From positions 1-64,000 of the IMG/VR virus record IMGVR_UViG_3300035698_009252: 64,000 nucleotides of DNA, one strand, 5' to 3'. A program made the position numbers and the translations under genes. The stretch is from a virus. This document shows, piece by piece, positions 1 through 8,474 of the stretch (position 1 is the stretch's first letter; each line of letters starts with the position of its first letter). The notes below the pieces were generated by a model. That model was not told the DNA's origin. It saw only the letters and a list, made by a program, of their open reading frames with translations, and made no database searches.

Positions 1-677
1 ACCCACTTATTCCCAAACTTCCTCTGCGTGGGATACATTAGCAACCGTCGCTCATCACTCTTCAGGACCCGAACCCACGAATAGTACGACTCATACGTGT
101 GCAGCTTTTCCAGCACGGCGTCCCTGGCCCGTATAAAGGCATTCTTGCCAAGCACCTGCATCAACTTCCTGCCACCTTTCTTCATCAGGATGACGACCAT
201 TTCCTTTGTCGGAATGTCTTCAGAAATCTCCTCCATCCCGGAAATTTCCTCGGTCACTGGGATATCGACACCCGTCTTGGATGCTACCTCCCGGCGCTTC
301 TCCAGGAACTTCCGGCCATGCCCACCATGCGGCTCCGAAAGTCCCAAAACCCCCATAACGTACACATGACACATCTCGTGAAGCAAAATAGAGTCAAGGT
401 ACTCAGCATCCCTCTTGAGGAAATTCGATATCTCCAGCTTCTTGAGGGTAATCGTCGCGCCCTCGCCCGTTATCCGATACAACATCGGATTCTCAACCCT
501 TGCCGTAGCCCGCACCCGACCACCTACCGTTTTTGAGCGCGTCCACCCTATCGGTATGTTCGGCAACTCCCCACCAAAGGCTCGGGCATTCCAATGCCGG
601 TACCTGCCCTTCAGGTCATAATCCGTATCTGCCGCCAATTCACGGGCAAGAACCAGAATCTCTCGAATTTCATCCAT
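1..677 (-). CDS. SprT-like zinc metalloprotease with N-terminal leader (3'-partial; absent from the ORF track)
   Basis: Manual translation from ATG at 677 (GGGAG upstream): MDEIREILVLARELAADTDYDLKGRYRHWNARAFGGELP...LDSILLHEMCHVYVMGVLGLSEPHGGHGRKF. The frame is open to the window edge. HExxH plus a downstream HG..F is the SprT signature. Confidence 0.85.
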   Translation of the reverse strand, partial: MDEIREILVLARELAADTDYDLKGRYRHWNARAFGGELPNIPIGWTRSKTVGGRVRATARVENPMLYRITGEGATITLKKLEISNFLKRDAEYLDSILLHEMCHVYVMGVLGLSEPHGGHGRKFLEKRREVASKTGVDIPVTEEISGMEEISEDIPTKEMVVILMKKGGRKLMQVLGKNAFIRARDAVLEKLHTYESYYSWVRVLKSDERRLLMYPTQRKFGNKW

Positions 678-694
678 TCAGGCTCCCTGGGCGG

Positions 695-1834
695 CTACTC
701 GTAGCCCTTGGATTCTTTCCTACGCTGCTTGCCCCTGACGATGTTCTCAACACTTGAGAGACTTAAACCACGGGCAATCATCATAATCCTCGGAGTCATA
801 CCGATGCGGCCATAAGCATTGCCACCGACATACACAACGTCATCGTTGGCATCCCTATAACCGAAGACCACAAAATAGTGGAACTTGTTACTGCGCTCAT
901 CAATGAGTGTCAGGAATTCCGAATATTCCACGTCACCCGCACCCATGCCCTCAGTCAGAATCTCTTCCATATCTCCGAGCACGTGGGATTTCCACTGCTC
1001 CGTCACGGGCTTGCGGTCAATCGCCACCTTGGTCTGCTTGGTTTTCTCGGGCTTCGACTCGACAGGCTCCACATCCTTCATGTCGACGACTTCACTGGCC
1101 GGAAAGATTTCCCGGCGCATAGCCTCGGCATAATCATCCGGCGTTCCGAACTCACGAACAAACCCCTGTTCCATGCGTTGAATCTTGGCAAATGCCTTGA
1201 AAGACAAGCGCTCCAACTGCTCTTTGACGTTCATAATGACATCACGCATCCCAGCGGCTGCCGCCTCGCCTGGCTTGCCGTTGTATGACGCAGCGATGTC
1301 GTAATCGTGAGCCGCATTCTCCAGGCCACTCTCGATATCGTGCAATACATTCCATGCAGATTCCGAATGCCTTGCGTCAAGGGCCTCCTCCACGGGGCCT
1401 TTATGAGCCGCAACCACGCTTTTGGCAACCCGGTCAATTAAATTGTCTCTGTCTTTCATAGCTTTTTTCTTCCTGTCTCTGTTCACATGATTCTTTGCAA
1501 TCCCAACGCCCTCTTCAATCTTACCATTGCCCTTCACAGCCTTGTAAATGGCCCGTATGACGGCCTTTGCCGCATCCTTGCCTGCATGTAGCTCAAGAGT
1601 CTCTACGGCGTTCTCAATAGCCTTGGAGCCCTTACCGTCCGCATATCCACTAACGGCCTTCTCTAACCGGTCAACCCCACGCTTTACCGTGAGGTCATCA
1701 AACAGCTCTTCCTTCTCGTCCGGGTCTCCTTTGCCATCACCAGGCCGGTCATTGGTCCATTTCTTCGACCCAGAGTCATAAGTGACCCGCCAGTCCAGCT
1801 TACTGCCAGGCTTCGTTCTCTCAGTCTTGGTCAT
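695..1834 (-). CDS. Multi-module putative head/internal protein with C-terminal WGR-like domain
   Basis: Likely start MTKTE at 1834 (ATGA overlap with the upstream stop). C-terminus ERSNKFHYF...AYGRIG...RRKESKGY resembles WGR. Contains an internal leader-like segment LIDRVAKSVVA. Confidence 0.65.
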   Translation of the reverse strand: MTKTERTKPGSKLDWRVTYDSGSKKWTNDRPGDGKGDPDEKEELFDDLTVKRGVDRLEKAVSGYADGKGSKAIENAVETLELHAGKDAAKAVIRAIYKAVKGNGKIEEGVGIAKNHVNRDRKKKAMKDRDNLIDRVAKSVVAAHKGPVEEALDARHSESAWNVLHDIESGLENAAHDYDIAASYNGKPGEAAAAGMRDVIMNVKEQLERLSFKAFAKIQRMEQGFVREFGTPDDYAEAMRREIFPASEVVDMKDVEPVESKPEKTKQTKVAIDRKPVTEQWKSHVLGDMEEILTEGMGAGDVEYSEFLTLIDERSNKFHYFVVFGYRDANDDVVYVGGNAYGRIGMTPRIMMIARGLSLSSVENIVRGKQRRKESKGYE

Positions 1835-2490
1835 CTTTCTGAAACCAGTACACTGAGCACACCCTTGTTGCCCGTCTGTTCCCACTCAAGCTCCTCAGCC
1901 TGACTGATTTCAACCTGGTTGCCGGGAATATAAGACGCATAGCCGGAGGGCTCATCGTATTCCATGCCTCGACCTTTTGGAGTCGCAGCAAGCAGACCGT
2001 CAGCAATTAGGTCTTTCACGGTCTTTGCCGCCTGCTCGATGGCTTCCCCGACACGCTCTTCCTGTTTCGGAGTCATGCCCTTGGCCGTGAACTGAGAAAG
2101 TAGGACCGGACTCGCGTTAAGCACCTTCACCACGGCCTTTTTCATCGCCGCCGCGCTGGGATACCCCTTTGTGCTCAGGTTGTTGCTTTGGTCGTAGCCA
2201 CCATCCCCATAAATGAGCATCTCTGTGCGCTCTCCCGAGTAGCCACCAGGACGGCCTGAGAGTTTGTATACGATGAAACGATTTGAGCCCGCCCAAAGGC
2301 TCTTTTCCCAGATGGCGTCACCAATCTGCCGGTCTTCGACACGGAACCTCTGCTTGCGGAACTTGGACTGGAGCCACCCCACGAGCGCATCCCAGTCCTT
2401 GTTGGCGTCATATGAGAAGCCGTAAGCCACCCGGTCGCGGCCTGTCAGCTCACGGGCCACGTTCAACAATTCAAAGGCAATTTTGTCCAT
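1831..2490 (-). CDS. Leader-bearing hypothetical protein (putative head cargo)
   Basis: 219 aa, begins MDKIAFELLNVARELTGRDRVA. Confidence 0.7.
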   Translation of the reverse strand: MDKIAFELLNVARELTGRDRVAYGFSYDANKDWDALVGWLQSKFRKQRFRVEDRQIGDAIWEKSLWAGSNRFIVYKLSGRPGGYSGERTEMLIYGDGGYDQSNNLSTKGYPSAAAMKKAVVKVLNASPVLLSQFTAKGMTPKQEERVGEAIEQAAKTVKDLIADGLLAATPKGRGMEYDEPSGYASYIPGNQVEISQAEELEWEQTGNKGVLSVLVSER

Positions 2491-2501
2491 TTCCAGGTCC
2501 T

Positions 2502-3683
2502 TCAGCGACGGTTGCTCTTATTGGCAGCCAATGCCTGTTCAAAGACACCACGCCCAAATACCTTGTCATAGGCTTTACGCATCAGACTTTTGACACCGAT
2601 GGCCTTGCCACGAGGAGCCAACTCCCGGAACTTGCTCAGGAATGCCGGATAATCCTTCCCGAAGTATTTCTTCGAGATGGCATCTGAGATGTTGTAGTCC
2701 AACGAGCCAAGAAAGACGTTCACCGGGTCATCAAAGTTATGCCGCCGGAGATAGGCTTCAATGAAGTCCGAATACTCCGCCGCTACATCCCGACGTATTT
2801 TGACCACTTCGTCACGGATTTCATCGCGACGCTCACTGGACTGGCCCTTCTCCCAATACTCGGTGTACAGTTCCACGAACTGGCGCAAAGCCCGGTCTCC
2901 GGCCACACGGCTGGCCGACGCTTTCATGTCCCGCTTCCACAGCTTGTCTCCCCTCAACCTGGCAATGTGTTCCAAGTCAGCCCACATCTTAGGCTTGGAC
3001 GAGTAGTGTTGGTCGGAAAGTTCAATCCCTCCTACCACCTTGGCAACCCAATGAGGAGCGGGACTTGTCTTTCTGACCGCCTCAATCTCAACGCCCCCAA
3101 TGGTCTTTTTCTCTCCAGCAGTACGGTCAGAACCACGCCGGTCCTTTTCCCACCGCCGGTACGTAGAATCATCACTCTTCTTCACGAAAAAGCCAACCGG
3201 CATCATGCCCAACCGGACTTGGCGCTCGTTGAGCCGGATACCCTGCTTCCGGGCAAACTTGATAATGCCCTCAGCAATCTCCTCCAGGCTTCCAAACTTG
3301 CCAATCACCACGTCATCGGAGGTATCCTGGTCCTTGTCCGCCACATACATCACCCGGACAGAGCCGGTCGTCGCACGAGGAGTCAACCGTTTTAAGTAAC
3401 CCCCAACGAACCCCATTTCGAACCCGGCACCTTCCATCAAGTCCTTGATAGCATAGGTCGTATCACTGGAACCAAAGCCTTCACCCTCACCCCAGGAATC
3501 ACGCAAGCGTTCTGCTACATCCTGAGCCGATTCCCGAACCTCACGGGAACGTGCTTCCTCGCGGTCAAGGAAGTTTAACGAAAGAGTGCGGTCAATCAGA
3601 CTCTTCGGGGAAATCACCCATTCGTCATTCGCACCCTTCAACTCGTGAGCCAGGGAAATCAACTGTTTTGCTATCTTTTCCAT
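2502..3683 (-). CDS. Leader-bearing multi-module hypothetical protein (putative head cargo)
   Basis: 393 aa, begins MEKIAKQLISLAHELKG. Internal DRTAG, SRVAG and MYVAD junctions. Confidence 0.7.
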   Translation of the reverse strand: MEKIAKQLISLAHELKGANDEWVISPKSLIDRTLSLNFLDREEARSREVRESAQDVAERLRDSWGEGEGFGSSDTTYAIKDLMEGAGFEMGFVGGYLKRLTPRATTGSVRVMYVADKDQDTSDDVVIGKFGSLEEIAEGIIKFARKQGIRLNERQVRLGMMPVGFFVKKSDDSTYRRWEKDRRGSDRTAGEKKTIGGVEIEAVRKTSPAPHWVAKVVGGIELSDQHYSSKPKMWADLEHIARLRGDKLWKRDMKASASRVAGDRALRQFVELYTEYWEKGQSSERRDEIRDEVVKIRRDVAAEYSDFIEAYLRRHNFDDPVNVFLGSLDYNISDAISKKYFGKDYPAFLSKFRELAPRGKAIGVKSLMRKAYDKVFGRGVFEQALAANKSNRR

Positions 3684-4054
3684 CAGGATGCTCCCGTTAT
3701 CTCTTCGGTGACTATCTTTTCAATTTGGCCGTCACGCTCCAACCGCCGAACAAGGGGATTGGACAAATCCTGTTTCTTTCGGCCATCCAGGTCGAGATGG
3801 GCATCGGTGATGTTCCAGTTATCCAAACTCACATCCAAAGAACTTTCAGTCGTGATGTCGTATTCAACCTCGATAACCAGTTCAACCCATCCGCCATCGT
3901 CATTCAGCGCATCATCCAGCATCTGAAGAAGCCGACGACCCAGGATGTCCGGGTCAATCCTGATTTCCTTGATTCCCGAATCCCGGTCACGCCGGGCTAC
4001 CCGCAAGGCTACCCGCAAGGCTACCCGACTCGCTATTCTCTCAAATCTGTTCAC
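3683..4054 (-). CDS. Leader-bearing acidic hypothetical protein
   Basis: GTG at 4054 with AGGAG RBS gives MNRFERIASRVALRVALRVARR. The longer ORF-track start overlaps the neighbouring gene. Confidence 0.65.
   Translation of the reverse strand: MNRFERIASRVALRVALRVARRDRDSGIKEIRIDPDILGRRLLQMLDDALNDDGGWVELVIEVEYDITTESSLDVSLDNWNITDAHLDLDGRKKQDLSNPLVRRLERDGQIEKIVTEEITGAS
3995..4027. repeat. 12-bp tandem repeat (GGCTACCCGCAA x2.75) encoding RVAL-RVAL-RVA
   Basis: Directly visible in the sequence. Confidence 0.9.
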
Positions 4055-4268
4055 ACTTGCTCCTATCGGGACACTTGGAACAGAATTTCTGTCGGAACCG
4101 CTTTGCATTTCCTGGCAACAACCTCGACTGGTAATCCTGTTTTGCCTTCTCATACGTTACCGCGCCCTGTTTCTTCTCCATCCGACGTTGATTCGCGGCA
4201 ATCCCACCCCGAATCATCCGAATCTCGGCCAGAAGATACTCGTGAAACCTTGTGCAACTCCGGGACAT
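4041..4268 (-). CDS. Small hypothetical protein with C-terminal CxxCx5C
   Basis: 75 aa, GGAG RBS, ends FCSKCPDRSKCEQI. Confidence 0.55.
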   Translation of the reverse strand: MSRSCTRFHEYLLAEIRMIRGGIAANQRRMEKKQGAVTYEKAKQDYQSRLLPGNAKRFRQKFCSKCPDRSKCEQI

Positions 4269-4331
4269 GATAGTCTCCCTGCCCCGAAAAGCATTTTAAG
4301 GTGGACAATTTGTCCACCCTAAACTCTCCCG

Positions 4332-4754
4332 TTACCCCAAGTCTTCCAATACCTCACCGACCGACGCCTCAACGGCCTTTATCTGGTCATCCGAGAGTGG
4401 ACAATTTCTGGTGTAGACAACTGCCGACTCATCCGCGACGAAATTCACGGAGAATGACGAACCAGATACTCTCGTTTTCCGAGAAATGCCACGCTCCACC
4501 GCATTTACCTTGCCTTGTGCCGCTTCGAGCGTACGAACAAGGTCCACCACCGGCATGTCTTTCACTTCCACCGGAAGCGAGACCGTGAAACCTTTATTTG
4601 TGACCTTGACCGTCGCGTTGAGCTTGGCCTTCGGCTGAATGATACCCTCACTCACCGGACCTGGCGTTACCACCGGCCCCGTCACATCCGCCTCATCCCG
4701 AGAGGTTTCTTCTCTGTAGTCAGTCATCATGGGCCTCCTCTTTTTCTTACTCAT
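4332..4754 (-). CDS. Hypothetical protein
   Basis: 140 aa, tiles with neighbouring genes. Confidence 0.6.
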   Translation of the reverse strand: MSKKKRRPMMTDYREETSRDEADVTGPVVTPGPVSEGIIQPKAKLNATVKVTNKGFTVSLPVEVKDMPVVDLVRTLEAAQGKVNAVERGISRKTRVSGSSFSVNFVADESAVVYTRNCPLSDDQIKAVEASVGEVLEDLG

Positions 4755-4769
4755 CTTTTTCAGGGCTCC

Positions 4770-5246
4770 TTAATCCTCGTTGACTTCAACAAGGTCGACC
4801 TTGTTGAATTCCCTCTTCATGCCCCCGAGTTTGTACTTGAGTTTCTCCATTTCCCGGACAATTTTCTCAACCGCCCCTGGGTCTGACAAAAACTCCCGGT
4901 ACCGGGCCAACATCTGAGCCTCACGTTGGCCCAGAAACACATCATCCCAGGCACTAACAATCGCCTGCTCCACATCACTATACATCTGCTCCGCATCATT
5001 GCTGTATGCCGCACTCCGGCCACGCACCCACTCATTACCACTGTCCACAACCCGTTTCAACGCCAATTCAGCTCCCAATAGCTCATTGATGGCCGTCGAA
5101 ACCTCACTACCCACCGGCTCAAGATACTTCACTTTGCTGCCAAGACGTAAGAAATCTTTGAGGCGTGTCAAGGCCCCACGGATTTTGCTGGTGCCATCTA
5201 CCAAATCCTCGACGTTCCTATCTTTGTTCCCAGCGGTTTTCATCAT
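4770..5246 (-). CDS. Two-module hypothetical protein (putative head cargo)
   Basis: 158 aa, MMKTA|G at the start and GRSA|A internally. Confidence 0.6.
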   Translation of the reverse strand: MMKTAGNKDRNVEDLVDGTSKIRGALTRLKDFLRLGSKVKYLEPVGSEVSTAINELLGAELALKRVVDSGNEWVRGRSAAYSNDAEQMYSDVEQAIVSAWDDVFLGQREAQMLARYREFLSDPGAVEKIVREMEKLKYKLGGMKREFNKVDLVEVNED

Positions 5247-5512
5247 TTCTGCCGTATCACAAATCCCATTTCTCTAATCTCACGCTTTTTCTTGTTCAAC
5301 TCCCGACGCACCAAGTCTTCCAGGTGCCGGAATTGTGAGCCCATTGCCTTATAGAGCACGTCTTTCAACTCTTCAATCGCGTCCCCTTCAATCCACCGAC
5401 TACCATCGGCAGGCTCGAAAAAATCACTTATATTGAAGTAATACGGCACATCCCCGGAATCAGCTACCACGCTGCGGGCCAATCGCTCTGCTATTTTTGC
5501 TTCTCTTTGCAT
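5243..5512 (-). CDS. Leader-bearing small hypothetical protein
   Basis: Begins MQREAKIAERLARSVVA|DSG. Confidence 0.65.
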   Translation of the reverse strand: MQREAKIAERLARSVVADSGDVPYYFNISDFFEPADGSRWIEGDAIEELKDVLYKAMGSQFRHLEDLVRRELNKKKREIREMGFVIRQK

Positions 5513-5516
5513 GGTT

Positions 5517-5933
5517 CTACCTTTCAAATCCCAGACGTTCCATTTGTTTGCCTAACTTCCCCGCCGACGCCTTTGCGCCCCCAATAAAAGACGTGTACCG
5601 CGTATGCGCATCAAGATAATCGGATTCTGCCGCCCGTGCCTGGCGTAATAGCCCATCCAGGCGCTGTGTCGCCACCACTACGGCCCGTTCTCGCTTCGAG
5701 GCACCCGGTACCCCGGTGATGGCACCCTCGGCCTCCTGTAGCCGTTTCAGGGCCTTGGTTAGAAGGACACTGGGCAATTCCCTTTCGAGAACCCCTCTTT
5801 CTGTCATAGCGTAAGCTTCCAACCATCCCGCCGCCAAACTAAGCACACTGTCGAAATCCCCACGAGCATCATCATTGCCCGATTCAGGATACCCCTTTAC
5901 CAGTTTTTCAGCAATACGCTCCATCCGTGACAT
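5517..5933 (-). CDS. Leader-bearing hypothetical protein
   Basis: Begins MSRMERIAEKLVKG. AGGAGG lies 8 nt upstream of ATG 5933. Confidence 0.65.
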   Translation of the reverse strand: MSRMERIAEKLVKGYPESGNDDARGDFDSVLSLAAGWLEAYAMTERGVLERELPSVLLTKALKRLQEAEGAITGVPGASKRERAVVVATQRLDGLLRQARAAESDYLDAHTRYTSFIGGAKASAGKLGKQMERLGFER

Positions 5934-6153
5934 TCGCATGCCCTCCTACCCTTGACCCTAGTATCAAAAAAAACGCAGACTTTCAGCCCTTTCCCAGCCC
6001 ACTCCCTGGACAAACAGAGAGGGAATGTAAGCCCCTATATAGATATCCCCGGCTCCGGCCCTGTTAAACTATACGCCCGTGGGCTTTTCAGAGAAGGCCA
6101 TGTCACTGCAAATCCCACATTTTGTAGCTGCAAATCCTGTTCTAAGTGTATAG

Positions 6154-7125
6154 TTGGACATGAATACAGTTCAGGAGGTGAAGCATCTTGTGCGTCGGGT
6201 TCGTTCGGCGAAGACTTATCAGGATTGGGTGAAGCGGAATCGGGCCGCATGGTGTTTCCGGTGTGACGCAGGCTCAGAGTTGGAGTGCCACCACATTGTC
6301 ACGCTCTACCACATTGTGCTGGGCATCTGGAACCTGTATGGAGACTCCAACGAGGTATTCAACCACACCCTATCCATCCACCAGGACGACAAGGTAGAAT
6401 GTGTCACCTTATGCTCCAAATGTCACGGAAAACGGCATCCGGGTAGGATTGCCGTCTCATCTGCCAAGAACCTCCGGGCACAGGCATGGGCAGCAATCCC
6501 CAGGGTTTTCTGGTTCCCCGTCAGTTACTCCACCAAGGACAAGAACCGGGATGCCCTTAGATTGGTCAGTTTGCAAGCCCTTTACGGGGTAGGATGGTAC
6601 ATCCTCAGTGGCAGGATGGAGGACCGTATCATCGAGTTTGACAGGAGACGTTTCGCCGAATTGCTGGGCAAGGAGCCGGGAATGTCGTTCAACCGGTCAT
6701 TCGACAAGGCCCTGCATGCGCTTGAGCGCATCGATGTGTTGGTGGGTAAGCACCGTTCCAAGAATCATGTGGAAGTCCACATTGCTCCGGCCTACATTGA
6801 GCGGCTCATGGATAATCCATGGTTCTTTCCGTTGGAGGAAGTCCGTACGGCCAACACATTGACGCTCATGTTGCGGTGGCAACTCAGTCACCAGAGCCGT
6901 CGTAAATTCTACCGCATAAGCCTGGATAAGCTGAAAATAGGCTTGGGCTTCAGGACAGACAGGCCATCGTTAGTCATCAAGTCGCTTCAAAAAGCGTGCG
7001 AAGGCATTCCCTGGGCCGACTTGACGGTTGAAGACGATATGATGTGCCACTTTGAAATGAAGCGTCGTTCGGCTATTCCGGTCTTTACGCTTCGAGAGGT
7101 CATGGCCGACTGTCTGGAGCAATAG
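6154..7125 (+). CDS. HNH-type zinc-finger domain fused to Rep_3-like tandem winged-helix domains
   Basis: N-terminal CFRC...ECHH...VTLCSKCH (HNH-like). C-terminal IEFDRRRFAELLG...ALHAL and RISLDKLKIGLG...SLQKACEGI resemble WH1/WH2 of plasmid initiators. Only convincing plus-strand gene in the window. Confidence 0.6.
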   Translation: MDMNTVQEVKHLVRRVRSAKTYQDWVKRNRAAWCFRCDAGSELECHHIVTLYHIVLGIWNLYGDSNEVFNHTLSIHQDDKVECVTLCSKCHGKRHPGRIAVSSAKNLRAQAWAAIPRVFWFPVSYSTKDKNRDALRLVSLQALYGVGWYILSGRMEDRIIEFDRRRFAELLGKEPGMSFNRSFDKALHALERIDVLVGKHRSKNHVEVHIAPAYIERLMDNPWFFPLEEVRTANTLTLMLRWQLSHQSRRKFYRISLDKLKIGLGFRTDRPSLVIKSLQKACEGIPWADLTVEDDMMCHFEMKRRSAIPVFTLREVMADCLEQ

Positions 7126-7126
7126 G

Positions 7127-7324
7127 TCATCCGGGTAAGAAACCAGCAAGAGCAGCGGACTCGTGCCACACAACAACCGTACCCTCCGGGATACGGCCAT
7201 TCACATCCATTTCGGCCCCGCATTTACACCACAAGTTGCCGAATGCCGAAGTTGAAAGCATGGAGAGCAAACGGCGCTTCCAGCATTTCCGGCAAATATA
7301 AATGCCTGTTTGTCTATCCGACAT
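7127..7324 (-). CDS. Small zinc-ribbon protein
   Basis: 65 aa, CRKC...CKCG. Confidence 0.45.
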   Translation of the reverse strand: MSDRQTGIYICRKCWKRRLLSMLSTSAFGNLWCKCGAEMDVNGRIPEGTVVVWHESAALAGFLPG

Positions 7325-7340
7325 GGCTCATCCCACGGTT

Positions 7341-7874
7341 TCAACTCTCCTGAATAATCGTCCCTATTAGCTTTGCGATTGCCTCGTTCCCTGGCCGTAG
7401 CGGGTGGATGTCGCGCCCGTCGAAATGAGCAGACGTTAGACATTCATCCGTATCTGCAAACAGCACGGGCAACCCGTTGCACGCCCACCGCATTGCTCCT
7501 TTCAGCAATGGCACCGCAATACGGGACTGCGGATTGTTCCCGCAGAAGGGGTCGGCATAAAGGAGCACAATCGTCATCGGACGCAGAAGTGCCTCGACTA
7601 CGGCTCTCATGTTTCGCAGTCCAGCGACGAATTCGTCGTCGGTAACAATCCCATCGTTCTTTAATGCTTCAAAAAGATCGTTACCCAGTACCGAAATCAC
7701 GACCACATCTGAAGGGGTGTTGATTGCCTTTGTCAGCCATCCGTTGTGGTCTGACGCCCATTGTGCGGCGGTGCTGCCGTCAACTCCCTGTCGCAACTCG
7801 GCGGGGACACCCATGATTTCGGGCCACTCCCGCGTCCACGAATCACAGACTACGAGTGTGGTAGTTGTTTTCAT
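7341..7874 (-). CDS. SGNH/GDSL hydrolase
   Basis: Block I VCDSW, block III LGND, block V DIHP. Start MKTTT at 7874. Confidence 0.8.
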   Translation of the reverse strand: MKTTTTLVVCDSWTREWPEIMGVPAELRQGVDGSTAAQWASDHNGWLTKAINTPSDVVVISVLGNDLFEALKNDGIVTDDEFVAGLRNMRAVVEALLRPMTIVLLYADPFCGNNPQSRIAVPLLKGAMRWACNGLPVLFADTDECLTSAHFDGRDIHPLRPGNEAIAKLIGTIIQES

Positions 7875-8110
7875 GTCTTTTCTCCTCCTTTCTCGTTGGT
7901 GTACTCCAGCCTGTAGCTGCAACCTTTTGAGCACTCGGGGCACAGGATGTCACCGCTATATGGTGTGGTGATGGTCACCTTACGGCCACAGCCACCCTGG
8001 CAGTCCACCTCCACGCGCTCCCGCTTGACCTTGACCACGACATCCCTGCTGTCACCTGTTACGAATTTCCTTGGCATTATTTCCTCCCTACAGCCATCTG
8101 AGGGCTGCAT
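7871..8110 (-). CDS. Small Cys-rich hypothetical protein
   Basis: CQGGC...CPEC. True start is probably MPRKF. Confidence 0.45.
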   Translation of the reverse strand: MQPSDGCREEIMPRKFVTGDSRDVVVKVKRERVEVDCQGGCGRKVTITTPYSGDILCPECSKGCSYRLEYTNEKGGEKT

Positions 8111-8474
8111 AATTTACGATTAAGTGAATGGTATTATCCGCGATAATCATCAGCCAGACTGCCAGCCATGCCGGGGTATCACTCGGGTAGCCAGTGCCCT
8201 CGCAATCCTCCCATGTCATGTCGTTCGGTTTGGAGATAGGACCAAGAATAGAATTCTTGGCAAAAATGACATAGCGGACGAGCCGGAACCTGTCCATGAA
8301 AAGATGTGTCACCATGATAACCGACACGGCCAATGGTGAGCCTATCAACAGGAACGGCATAGAGTAGATGAATACATGACACAGCGCAGGCCATGAGCGC
8401 TTCGTCTTCTCCGTGGCCATCCAGTGGCTTTGGGTGATATAATCGCCTATCAGGTGAAGCAATAGCTGTTCCAT
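8088..8474 (-). CDS. DUF3307-like membrane protein
   Basis: HLIGDYITQSHWMATEK, H..D and DNTIH pattern with hydrophobic segments. Confidence 0.75.
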   Translation of the reverse strand: MEQLLLHLIGDYITQSHWMATEKTKRSWPALCHVFIYSMPFLLIGSPLAVSVIMVTHLFMDRFRLVRYVIFAKNSILGPISKPNDMTWEDCEGTGYPSDTPAWLAVWLMIIADNTIHLIVNYAALRWL

